A stretch of DNA of 63,954 nt, filler included, from Stramenopiles sp. TOSAG23-6 (lineage: Eukaryota): assembly GCA_900128565.1 (NCBI GenBank). It is 4 parts of 4 records of this genome, joined end to end, with 100 filler letters (N's around TTAATTAATTAA, not from the genome) between each part and the next. Parts side by side here need not be neighbours in the genome. Positions count along the whole stretch, not along the records: positions 1 to 16,958 come from LT636085.1; 3 more parts are not named here. One strand, given 5' to 3'. This document shows, one piece after another, positions 1 to 11,095 of the stretch (position 1 is the first letter of the stretch; the number at the start of each line of letters is the position of its first letter). Both the position numbers and the translations under genes were made by a program. The notes under the pieces are model-generated. The model was given only the letters and a program-made list of their open reading frames with translations, was not told where the DNA came from and searched no databases.

Positions 1-53
1 TACGAAATTTTGTACCTAACGATTTTTTTTTGAAATATTTTTCCAAAATACAT
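1..53 (+). other. Family-A non-canonical intron, 3' part
   Basis: TACGAAATTTTGTACCTAAC...TGAAATATTTTTCCAAAATACAT consensus; no AG before the coding sequence resumes. Confidence 0.75.
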
Positions 54-277
54 TGAAAGCGTGTTCCGAAATTCAAAAGACAGCAGGCAAACAACTACGG
101 GACTTTCTACCAGCTGCAAGAGCTATGGTACAAAAAAAAGGTTCCGATTTATGGACCATTCGTCAGGAGGCTTCAAAACTTGCTACGTCATTCCCAATGC
201 CAGGTATAAACACTATGCCAAAAAATCTGCGTTATCAATCGCTGGATCAAGCTGAGGCAGTTCTCCAAGAGCTCTAA
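54..277 (+). CDS. SHMT: Last exon of serine hydroxymethyltransferase (partial)
   Basis: EIQKTAGKQLRDF...LATSFPMPG resembles the eukaryotic SHMT C-terminus; preceded by the 3' part of a family-A intron (1-53). Confidence 0.7.
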
Positions 278-900
278 TTTTATGATGATTTGTTTTTTTT
301 GCTCATTTTGGGATATGAAATCCCTCATTTATACTCTATAATTTGAATTTCCATCAGGATATTAAAAGAATTTTACGATTCAGAATAAAACTTCCTTAGA
401 AATTATTTATAAATTGTATAAATATTGAATAACCAATATAATTCGTATCAATCAACCACTGAAATATGCTATTCTATTTATTGCCGATTTATAATATTAT
501 TGATATATTGATAAGTCTACGTATATTTAGTGTTTTGATTTTTAAAAAATAACAAATCTACTACATCGTTACTTCTTATACACATATTGGCACGGATTTC
601 GTGTCAATATCCTTAATTAATATCCCAAATCGGGCGTTTCTTATAATAAAAAATCAAATTTCCTTTTCAGATCTGATCACACGAAATATTGTCAAGCGAA
701 ACGGTTACATTTTAGACCTTGAATAAAACTAGCAGTCAGTAGCCTATCATAATAATATAGTAGAGTATAAAGTCAAAAATGTTGAGTAGCCAGAATATCA
801 ATGAGTTTTCTCTATAACGAGGCAATGATATGCTAAAAGCCAATTATATGATATCATTGAGAAAAGTCGTAAAGTTAAATAATAGTGTGTACTTTTAAAA

Positions 901-3645
901 ATGAGGCTAGAAACAGACAAAAAGGTTTCGGACATTTCCAATACGTCTTTTACTCGACTTGGGTTTGAGTTACCCAATATAATTCTAAGACCACTTTCCC
1001 GGGATAAAATGGCAGTCATTGATAAAGCAAAGAAATCTCAATCATCTGAAAACCTTATGTTATTGAAGAAATGGAAACCTCCTAGAAGTAATGTAGCTAA
1101 ACGACTCCTTGGAAGTCCATTAATGAAAGGTCGGGTTCCATCAAACCGGAAAAGTCAAACTAAAGTTATTAAAAATATGAAACATAAGACAGTAGACGTC
1201 ATGAAATCGTCGACTACATCGCATAAGTGGCAAAGCATTGCTAAAATGAACGTTTCTAGTCGAAAGAATAAAACTTTGACTCCTCCTATTCCAACACCAA
1301 AAATACCCAATCCTCTCACAGGTAGTGTTTTTGGAGATTGGCAGAGAGAAGTCAAAGATACTCTTCAATCTTTAGAACCAAAATTAAACGTTTCAACTGA
1401 TGTAGATTCAAAATCAGCATACCGACGTGGTGAAAATATTGACGTCCGTGGTGATGTATGGCATATGCAAGGAGGTGGTAAACTTCGACTCAAACCTGCT
1501 CTTCAAAAGCGACGACGAAGAAGACAAGTTATACAAACAACAGTTGGCCCAATGAATAAACATGCAGCTCGATTACTTGGACTTATTTCCCAGGAAACAG
1601 ATGAAGCACGTAATCGTCCAAAGCCAGCTGCCCCAGATTTATATTTTGTACGGAGAGCTTCTGTTCCTTCTAGATTTCCTTCATCGATGCAGAATTTATG
1701 GGAAGATATACCAGATAGAAATCCAATGTGGAAATCTATGCGTCACTGTAAGCCAAAAAAGTATGGAGAATCAGGTTCTTCAACAGCAGTATTTAAAGAT
1801 CAATTAGTTAATGACTTTGACACAAGTCGTATAAACGATTATTACTTGGACACGAAATCGATTCCGCTGGAGTCTACTCATCACAAGAAAAAACTTTTCG
1901 ATGATAATAAAAGAAAAAAGCTAAATGAAGGTGATTTATCTGAGATTAAGGATGCACCAGATTGTTCTGTATCTATCGAAGATTCCCCTGACGAATTATC
2001 AGGTATAAATGAAAAACATAACAAAAATGCAATAAAAACGACAAAAGAAATTATTGAAAGCGTTGAAAAAGCTCATAATAATCAATTAGACAGTATATTT
2101 TGGACAAATTCTGTGCTTTCCCCAATTGCCGCAGCTATGGATCATTCAGCGCTTCTTCCTTCACGATACCAATTAAATAGAACACAAACTAGATTGATGT
2201 ATCAACCTGATCCAATTAAAAGAAAATTTGCCCAAAGTCATAATAGTGGTGAAAGTTTTCCATATGCACCTCATGCCCATGAAGCTGCATTTAAAATTCA
2301 AAGACTTTTCAGGCAAAAGTCAAGACTTCGACACCATCATGTTATTGGTATGCAACGTTTGTTTCGCTCGTATATTATCCGTCGTAAGATACATCAGCGT
2401 CGTATGTATATGATGCATGTTTTACCAAGTATTCAGCGAATGGTTAGAGGTATGCTGGCGAGGAAAAATCTTCGAGAAGACAAATATATTTATAAACAAC
2501 ACAGAGCGGTAATCATACAGAAAAGAATACGTGGCAATTTTGGTAGACAGTTAGCTTTACAGCATGCGAAAGCACGACAACATGATAAAGCAATAGTTAT
2601 ACAATGTGCAATCAGGGGATATATTTGGCGTAAATCTGTCAGAAAAAAACGAGTTGAAGACGCAGCACCAACAGTACAAAGGTATATGCGTGGGCTTACA
2701 ACTAAAGCATCTATAAGAAGACATGTTGAAATGCACTCATACAAAGCTCAATTAATCAAGGCAATGTTCCGTGGAGCACAAGGACGTAGGTGGGCTCGTT
2801 TGAAAAAATTTGAAAGACTTTGTAAAGGTTCTCTACAAATCCAAAGACATTGCCGGGGTCTACTAGCAAGATTGTACGCCAAAGCACGATATAATGCTGT
2901 AATTAAAGCACAAAGTGGAGCTCGGTATTTCCTGGGATTACTTGCATTTGAGAAGATGAGAATGATTGCGGAGAATAAGTTTGTTCATCCAAAAATTGAT
3001 GCTGAACGAGAAAGAATTTTGGAATGGCTGAAGACATTTGAAGGAAAGCGATTTTTCAAACAAAAAAAAATAGAATTAAAACAGAAGCTACGGGAGGAAA
3101 AATTAGCTAGTAAGCTTTTGGACCCTGAAATTAAAGCAAGAAGAGAAATGAGGGAAACTTTTAATATGTTTGATTTAGATGGTTCTGGATTAATTGATCG
3201 ACGAGAATTCAAATCTGTAGTAGATGCAATGGGAGAACCTTTCACTGCCGCTGAATTGGATGCATCTTTTCGTGAAATGGATGAAGATGGGAGTGGTGAA
3301 GTTGACTATGGAGAGTTTAAACATTGGTGGTTGAGTAAAACAAGTAAAAGTGGCGCAAAAATTCAGTTATTAAAGGTGAAATTAAAAGCATATCGAGCAA
3401 TGAGAGTTCTAATTGGCGCAGAAATTAATCAATTAACACATCGTCATATTATGATGGAAAAAACTGCAATTGTTGTAAGGCGTGCACGAATATGGTGGAG
3501 GACAAAACGTCAACAGCCAAAGTATTCATGTAAAACTTGTTTGAGTGGTTTCGTCACCTCGAGGATTCTTCACTACCACATGACTAAAGGTTTATGTAAA
3601 GAAACAGATGTAACACGATTGCCTTGCAGATTCTTTGACGATTAA
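901..3645 (+). CDS. IQ-motif and EF-hand protein with C-terminal C2H2-like motif
   Basis: Many IQxxxRGxxxR repeats; EF-hands DLDGSGLIDRRE and DEDGSGEVDYGE; CKTC...HYH near the end; 914 aa intronless ORF. Confidence 0.85.
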   Translation: MRLETDKKVSDISNTSFTRLGFELPNIILRPLSRDKMAVIDKAKKSQSSENLMLLKKWKPPRSNVAKRLLGSPLMKGRVPSNRKSQTKVIKNMKHKTVDVMKSSTTSHKWQSIAKMNVSSRKNKTLTPPIPTPKIPNPLTGSVFGDWQREVKDTLQSLEPKLNVSTDVDSKSAYRRGENIDVRGDVWHMQGGGKLRLKPALQKRRRRRQVIQTTVGPMNKHAARLLGLISQETDEARNRPKPAAPDLYFVRRASVPSRFPSSMQNLWEDIPDRNPMWKSMRHCKPKKYGESGSSTAVFKDQLVNDFDTSRINDYYLDTKSIPLESTHHKKKLFDDNKRKKLNEGDLSEIKDAPDCSVSIEDSPDELSGINEKHNKNAIKTTKEIIESVEKAHNNQLDSIFWTNSVLSPIAAAMDHSALLPSRYQLNRTQTRLMYQPDPIKRKFAQSHNSGESFPYAPHAHEAAFKIQRLFRQKSRLRHHHVIGMQRLFRSYIIRRKIHQRRMYMMHVLPSIQRMVRGMLARKNLREDKYIYKQHRAVIIQKRIRGNFGRQLALQHAKARQHDKAIVIQCAIRGYIWRKSVRKKRVEDAAPTVQRYMRGLTTKASIRRHVEMHSYKAQLIKAMFRGAQGRRWARLKKFERLCKGSLQIQRHCRGLLARLYAKARYNAVIKAQSGARYFLGLLAFEKMRMIAENKFVHPKIDAERERILEWLKTFEGKRFFKQKKIELKQKLREEKLASKLLDPEIKARREMRETFNMFDLDGSGLIDRREFKSVVDAMGEPFTAAELDASFREMDEDGSGEVDYGEFKHWWLSKTSKSGAKIQLLKVKLKAYRAMRVLIGAEINQLTHRHIMMEKTAIVVRRARIWWRTKRQQPKYSCKTCLSGFVTSRILHYHMTKGLCKETDVTRLPCRFFDD

Positions 3646-3728
3646 GCGATTCGATTTTAAAATGAGGTACATCAGGTATAAATAAATAAATGTTAAAATG
3701 AAGAGTCTACAGAAATAGTTTCATACTT

Positions 3729-4775
3729 TTATTTTACTTCAATGCCAAATGTAAAGTCATAATTTACAGTAGGTATTATTGATTGAATAAATTTTAGAAA
3801 TATGAAAAGATACTGGTCTGTGCGTGCCTGCTTTCCTCCTTGAGCTAAATGTCCTACGATATTTTTCATACAATCAGCGTGCTTACAAGGGTGAATAGAA
3901 GCTGTGAGGATTCCACCCGGTGCATGTGGGTGTGATTCCATAGTCACTGTACGATTAGCATAGTCTTGCATAATATCTTGAAATACTTGTTTTTGTGATA
4001 AAGGCTGTGAATTCTCGTCATATCCAAATAGCCATACTCTTGGTACCTGGTAATATTTGTCATAGGAAATAGAAATATCATACGTACGAGTAGCAAGAAC
4101 ATTATTAACATTAGTTGATATTCTGGATTTGTGCTCTTCCACAGATGTGTCATCCAAAGTGACACCAGCCATAGATGGTACAATATTTTTTTCTACGTTT
4201 GATATTGCAGCAACATCGTCAGTAATTAAATTATCATCTTCGAAGTCTTCCATGTCTGCATACTCATCGCTGTCTTCTGCTGCACCTGACGTAGCTGAAG
4301 CTTCAGATATTTGACGCCCAGCAACACAAGTTGGAGGCACTGGTGGAAGGGTACTCACAATGTCACCAATGTCGTCTATTGTTTCCATCTCCTCGTCAGC
4401 TTCAGCCTTGGAAGTTTCATATGTCAGCAACCAACCATCGTCACCCGAAGTATCAGAGTTCTCGACAGCAGTTTCTTTTACATACTCCTTAGCAAGTCCT
4501 GCAACACGTTGCATACAAGGAACATTTTTTGTAATAAGATATTGTTTCTCTTTTGGTAAATAATCCTTTGCTTTACTTGGATCTCCAGCAGCCCACGACC
4601 ACGTTGGACACTTGAAGACTAACTGATCGCCTGCTTCTACGAACTCTGCAGGTGTAAGAACACCTTCTAATACGCGACTTTCCGTCAAAACTGAAGTACA
4701 ACGATCACGAACTCCATGATAAGCACGTACGGCTGAGTTTTGCATATTTTGCATTATATTGAAGGGATTTGACAT
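3729..4775 (-). CDS. ATG3: Autophagy E2-like enzyme ATG3
   Basis: GVLTPAEFVEAGDQLVFKCPTWSW, RTYDISISYDKYYQVPRVWL, catalytic SIHPCKHA, FLKF. Confidence 0.97.
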   Translation of the reverse strand: MSNPFNIMQNMQNSAVRAYHGVRDRCTSVLTESRVLEGVLTPAEFVEAGDQLVFKCPTWSWAAGDPSKAKDYLPKEKQYLITKNVPCMQRVAGLAKEYVKETAVENSDTSGDDGWLLTYETSKAEADEEMETIDDIGDIVSTLPPVPPTCVAGRQISEASATSGAAEDSDEYADMEDFEDDNLITDDVAAISNVEKNIVPSMAGVTLDDTSVEEHKSRISTNVNNVLATRTYDISISYDKYYQVPRVWLFGYDENSQPLSQKQVFQDIMQDYANRTVTMESHPHAPGGILTASIHPCKHADCMKNIVGHLAQGGKQARTDQYLFIFLKFIQSIIPTVNYDFTFGIEVK

Positions 4776-5054
4776 GGTACAAATAAATCAAAGAAACCAA
4801 TCTCCAAAGGTAATCTATTTATATTTGTGTTTTTCTTCGACGTCGGTCACCCTTTTTGGTTTTCTTGTTTTTCGCTTTTTTTAGAGATTTTTGAAAATTC
4901 ATTTTTCGTGTAAATATTTTTTTGCTACTATTTTGACGACTCTATTTTGACCCATCGATGAAGAACGAACCTTTACCTTTCACCTTTGTGGGGTTTACCT
5001 AATCGATTATCAATACCGTAATAGTTCTCTTAGCATATAACACCCATCGAAATA

Positions 5055-5507
5055 ATGAAGAAACCATTACAGTTTATTTTATTACTTGTGCTAGTTGTCC
5101 AGAGGACATGCTTATCTACAAAGAGCTTGAGATGTTGTGTAAGTAAAGATAGAAGCAAAGATGAAAGGAGAGCCCGTAAAGCAAGGGCTTCCGAAGCACA
5201 AAAAATGGAAGCAAATGAGCCAAAAAGAATGNGAGCAGCAGCAATCGATGATGAGCCAGAAGTAGTTATGAGAGCATCAACAGACATTGATGAGGCAACT
5301 CTGGAACCTGAAGAGGAATTCCTTGCTAGCGTGGGAGTAAAACCAAAACTTCCTTCGCGCACGGGAGTAAATCTTGAACAAGAACCAACAAAGGAAAGTG
5401 AACAAGGTGTTCTTAGTCCAGTTGTTAGTCCAGGATATCAGGGAGATTCTGAAACGGAAGATTCTCTGCCAAGGACATTTACCGAAACGGGAGCAATGCC
5501 AAAATAA
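5055..5507 (+). CDS. Hypothetical protein with predicted signal peptide
   Basis: 150 aa ORF, hydrophobic N-terminus then acidic low-complexity body. Confidence 0.55.
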   Translation: MKKPLQFILLLVLVVQRTCLSTKSLRCCVSKDRSKDERRARKARASEAQKMEANEPKRMXAAAIDDEPEVVMRASTDIDEATLEPEEEFLASVGVKPKLPSRTGVNLEQEPTKESEQGVLSPVVSPGYQGDSETEDSLPRTFTETGAMPK

Positions 5508-5624
5508 AGTTTCTACGAAGATCTCACTTTGAATTTTTTCCAAAGAAATATTAAATACGAATTGAATCAACTACATTTATTGTAATAACTATTGTAATAA
5601 CTTGTGATTTTATTACAAATACCA

Positions 5625-8604
5625 TCATTGACTATCAATAACCTTGTTGCTTTGAACACGGTCCGCGATATCAACACTGCGCATGATTTTAGCAATTTTT
5701 TTTTTCAGATCTTGCTTTCGTCGGCGTATTTGATTTCTTAGTTGCTTTTGGTCTATTTTCCGAAGCATATTTACAGTTTTAGTGTTTGTGGGAGTTCTTC
5801 TACATCGTTCATTCCATCCATCAGCCANAATTTTAACTGCTGTTTCTCTGAGATTTTTATGATCCAACATTCGACTTCGTCGACGTAATCGATGTTTCAG
5901 ATGATTTTGCTTTGCTTTAGAATGCCCTGCCCTAGTTTCTTCTTCTATTTGCAGCATCTCGTCTTCTATTTGCATTATTAATTCGTATTGAATTTGCATC
6001 ATTGTGAAGTCTTCTATATGTCTATATCCTAGGTCTTTTACATCTTTCATCGTCTTTTTAGTTGTTACTTCTTCTATTTTCTTTATCCCTTTAGCTGCTG
6101 TTTCGCGTTCTATTTTCATTGTCCCGTTAGCCGTTGTGCGGTCTATTTTCTCTAATTCGCAACATACATTATCTATAGAACCATCATTAATTGATGCTGT
6201 GAGAATTTGTTTAGCTACAATACGAGCTTCAGGGGTATTAGTGAAGATTAAAAACTGAAGTTTTTCTGCGCGAGCCTGAGCAATCCACTGAGAATAATAA
6301 GTTATCGAGTCTTCCAGTCCTGTAGAAGTATCAAAAGCTCTNTTGACCAATTCATTTGTTGTATCATCAATTGAACCATTGAAACTGTCATAAACATTTC
6401 GTAAATCATTTATCGAACCTTCTATCAATAACATCTGCGCCATTTTGCTATTTGCAGTTTTTAGATCATCGATTCTAAGTGATTGAGATAAATATTTTAC
6501 NTTCTTTTTTTGTTTTTCGTGNATAAACTCTNCAATCAAAGATTGGGCAGAGGCACTAGAAATACACCATTTGTCAATCATTAACTCTAANGCTCCGACA
6601 TGAATTTGTCCTGATTTCAAAAGTTCCTTAAAAAATAAATGAGCACGAATTCGAGATCCGTCTATAAACCCTTGTGTATATGTATTTTGGAAAAATATTT
6701 CAAAAAAAAATCGTTAGGTACGAAATTTAGTACGAAAAAAAATTGAATTTGAAAAAAATAAAACATACATTCTTCGGATGAATCATTTGAGTCAAAAGGT
6801 TCAAGAAGTTGTGACAAAAATAAAGATCTTTTTTTTTCCATATTTTCAATATCTTTCATTGAAGCTGACGAGACGGAAATTCCAGCAGTTTTTGAAGAAG
6901 CAGCCACATCAAATAATAATTGTTTTTTAATAAAAGGTGAAATTGGGATTCCCATCTCTGGTAACTTTTGAATAATAGCCACAGATGCACCAACATGTCC
7001 AAAATTAACTAAATTATCTACAAAGGTATCTACTATTTCTTCTGTGATGATATTATTCGTCAAATAATTATTGTCTGTATTCAACTGAAATAACCCTAAC
7101 CCATCAAACGAATTAGGTGCCGTCAACCCTAACATATTTTGTTTGATCATTGTATTCATCACATTGGTCAAATCAATGACATTCCAACAAAGATGTTTAA
7201 TAATATATAAGCATTCACTAGCTGAAGCTTCACCTGAAAGAATAAGATTTTCCAAGTACGAAATACTTAATTTTCTACAAGAATTACTGAGGAANACTAT
7301 ATTTCGTTTTTTTTTGCTAGGAACTAAATCTATCACACTTTGTCTTGAAGTTAAAGTATCCCGCTTCTGTAATTGAAAGATAACGTCATTTATTGTGTTT
7401 GGAATATAAGACTCGCTACAAAGATAATCACTTTGATATAAAGCTAATTCATTTTTTAGTATTTGGGTGGCAATATTAGGATTACTTTTTTGTTTTTTAT
7501 CTCCTTTTTCATTGAAAATATTTTTTCTTTCAACAGCTGAAAGACACTCATTTTTTTTTACATTTTCAATAAATTCATCAGCTGATGCAAATCGTTTCAG
7601 CTGCTCTCTATTATTCAACATAGTTGCAGCTTTGTTCATATTAATTCCTACGATTGATTCAATCGCTTTTTTACGAGCTTCTATGGTATTCGATTCTGAA
7701 ACATTGATATTTCTCCCAAATATTTTCTCATATTGTTTTTGTAGTATTGGAGTTTTACTAGTCAACCCTAATAAGCACATTCTTTCTATCATCGCAGTAT
7801 ATACATCTTCTGAAATATTATGTTTTCTCGAAGATAACTCTATTAGTAAATCAGATACACCAGACATCTCATTCCATTTATGTGATAGAAAAAAACTATC
7901 CAATATGTATTGTGAAAAAATATTTAAAAAAAAATCGTTAGGTACANAATTTCGTACGAAAAATAAATTCGAAATTGAAAAAAAAATAAAACGTACATTC
8001 TACGCCGTAAAGGAAAATGAATATTAAAGTTAAATAGAATGTTTTCTTTCACAGTTTTAGAATTCGTACTCGATGCTATTTTCTCACTCAAATAAGTATT
8101 TGTTTTAGTCAGATCAACGTCTGTTAATTTCTGTGTTGATGTAGGGTTAGGGTTAATGTCTGTTAATTTCTGTTTTGATTTTTTCTTTTTCAACTTTAGA
8201 GTTAATTTCTGGGCAACTCTGGCTTTTTCACGATCTTCTTTCTTTACCGAAATACCATGTAGTGCACCCATTTGTATATTCAAATTATTAGAAGGATTAT
8301 CTAAAGAGAAATCATTATTTTTTGAGTCTACATTGTTTTGTTTTTTTTTGATTTTTGTCAGACGATGTTTTTCGTTCCAAGCTTTTTTTAACTTTTGAAA
8401 GTTGCTTTCATTTTCATAAAAAAGTGCATTTATATATGATTCAGCGTCTTTTTTATTATGATCATTCTTCTTATATACCAATGACGTAGACTTGTCGGTG
8501 TTACTGAAGTAGCGCAAGATTCCTGCTACTTTTCTTTTCTGCATGCGACTAACACGAAATATATTGAAAGCAGCATACATAGCAGATCTACCAGTTCCTA
8601 TCAT
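5625..8604 (-). CDS. Helical-repeat (PPR-like) protein, 3 exons: 7997-8604, 6769-7904, 5625-6679
   Basis: Three ORFs join in frame on removing family-A introns 7905-7996 and 6680-6768; basic N-terminus like a mitochondrial presequence; VYTAMIERMC is PPR-like. Confidence 0.65.
6680..6768 (-). other. Family-A intron (GT...AT, 89 nt)
   Basis: GTATGTTTT...GTACCTAAC...CCAAAATACAT; removal restores the frame (EEYTQG). Confidence 0.8.
7905..7996 (-). other. Family-A intron (GT...AT, 92 nt)
   Basis: GTACGTTTT...GTACCTAAC...CACAATACAT; removal restores the frame (RRILDS). Confidence 0.8.
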
Positions 8605-8928
8605 ATTCTCTACACATTAAATACTCGCATTAAATGAAAGTATCTAAAATGATATAAGGTAAGTTATGCTACTCGTAGAGATTCACGTTACTTTGTGTAA
8701 CCTAAACAATCCAACCTATACGTAGTTGTAAGCACTACTTCTGTAGTGATCTGAGATCATTTGGTGCCAGTGCATGCGAGTCTCGACGCGAGTCAAAACT
8801 TCCGGTACCGGGTATCGGTCAACACGTGTGCCTTGAATTTTCTCTTTCTGTATACACAATTCCAGGTAATAGCCTTTCTACGTGGTACTTTGTTATATTC
8901 TTCCACATGCTCGTAGTGATTGACTAAA

Positions 8929-11028
8929 ATGTTTATTCGCTATTCGAGATGCTTGATACCCTTAGTAAAGACCCAGCGTATGGCATTACATGCATCTAGT
9001 TTTCGTGTATCCAAGAATAGTCATACAAAAAACAAGTGCAACTCAATTTCTTTGACGTTGCCCCANAACTTTAGTATTGGTAAGGCAAGTAGCACACTTC
9101 AGACGAAATTTAGAAATAAAGATGAAATATATAAGTTTTACAAGATAACAGATATTTCCAAGAACAGTAGATTTGACTGGCGAAAAGCTGTGAATTTGTA
9201 TAAGCAACTTTTGAACAATGGTCTTGCTTGTGAGAAGGCATTAGACAGAATTGTCTTTGTACTGCANAAGGAATATAAGCCAGGTCGTGCCGAACATATT
9301 TTCAATATATCTATCAAACAAGGNATACAGCCATCACCTTGGGCATACTCAAGTATGATCCGTGTTATTGCAATATCCAGTCAAGATAAATTAGTGTCTC
9401 GACTTTCAGATAACTTTATCAAATTCGGTTGTGAGAGTAAAACAAAAAAAAATAGATTGACTTTTGAAACAATTGAAAACGCGCAAAATCAAGATATTGT
9501 GGTGAAGTGGCGCTGTGAGNCTATGTCCTACTTACTTCGAAATGGATCGTCGTATTCTACTCGTGCGCGAGATATTTTCTCCTCGGCACTTCGAGCAGGT
9601 CCAAAACATACAAATTATGCAATGTACGTTTTTATTTTTTTTTTTACAAAAAAATCGAATTTTTTTTTTTTTTTTTGGTAAAAAAATTTTGTACCTAACA
9701 AACTTTTTTAGATTTTTTTTTGAAATATTTTTCCAAAATACATGCTCCAGGTTTTGATACAAAATGAGACAAGTTCTAGAAATNTAGAAAAGTGGATTAG
9801 AGACTTTTTAGATTCGAAAGGAGTATTCGTTGATACTTTTCAAAGTACTTTTGAAAACAAAGACANTATGTTTTTGTCTCCAGTAAACTACGCAACACTT
9901 GCATCTGCATATGCTGTAGAAGGGAAATTTGCACTTGCAGAAGCTGTACTAAAACATATGGGTAGTTTGTACACTTTGTCGGATAGTTTATATTTTAAAA
10001 CACATGGCATGCATATACCTAAACAAAATCTTGCAAAATTAAAGCAGGTCAAGATCGTCGAAGCAGGAAAGATTCGTTATATAAATCAATTGGATAAACA
10101 ACAATCCGAAAGTGCTGAAAATGACACTCTACGATCTAAAGCAGCTGTCACTTTTATAAATATTTTGGATTTGCATCCCGATGGCTCAAGTGGTGTTCGA
10201 AAAAGAATATTAGGTCGAGAAAGTCTAGCTTCTCTTCGAGCTACATATATGAAAAGAATAAATATAGCTTGTAAGAAAGGTAAAACCAATGATTTACCTG
10301 TAAAAAATGCTTCAGATTTTTATAATAATTTATTGACGAAGGGATTAGTCGATAGTAATTTATTTATATATCTTACCAAATTGGTACCATTGGATGCAAC
10401 TGAAACAGAAGAATTATTTTATCGGAGTATAGAAAAAGGTGTGAAACCTTGTGCAGCAATGTGTAATCGGGTTATTCAATATTTTATGTTTGAAGCATTN
10501 AATGCCCGTGCACGGGAGACTCAAATATTTGCAGAAAATTCTACNGATTGTTGTAACACAGAATTGCAACACTTTTTTAAAGAATCTAGTCAACAATTTT
10601 ATAATAATCGAGCAGGATGTAGGTTTTCATTTTTTTTTTTCAATTTTTTTTCAATTTGTTTTTCATACGAAATTTTGTACCTAACATTTTTTTTTTTTTA
10701 AATATTTTTTCATAATCCATACATAGATAGATTTATTAGGAGTAATCGATATACAAAAGCTTTGGAAATATTTCAACGTATAGCTACTGCACGAAATCTA
10801 GATATAAAGATATGTTCATCAATTTTGCGATTTTTAGAGCAACAGAAAACAAAAGGTGTAACATTAGCTTATAAGCCAGACTTTATTATGGCAGCAATTC
10901 ATACTTCTGGGTTTAATATACCTGAAAATGTTTTAAAAGGAAAGGAAAATGTGAAATTTAATTCTAAACAAAGAATGAAAGAAATCAGGGAATATTTATA
11001 TCCCCGTAGGCATAAAAAAACTCTATAA
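8929..11028 (+). CDS. PPR-like helical repeat protein, 3 exons: 8929-9623, 9744-10618, 10721-11028
   Basis: PSPWAYSSMIR, VNYATLASAYAVEG and GVKPCAAMCNRVI are PPR-like; ORFs joined by two family-A introns. Confidence 0.7.
9624..9743 (+). other. Family-A intron (GT...AT, 120 nt)
   Basis: Consensus ends; the nearest downstream CAG gives a frameshift and stop, the CAT end is in frame. Confidence 0.8.
10619..10720 (+). other. Family-A intron (GT...AT, 102 nt; in-frame AG alternative at 10726)
   Basis: GTAGGTTTT...GTACCTAAC...CATAATCCAT. Confidence 0.7.
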
Positions 11029-11095
11029 TAAAAATCTTTCTTGTTTTATAATATTCTAATATTTTTTCACAGTGGAAGATAGATACTTCATTTTG

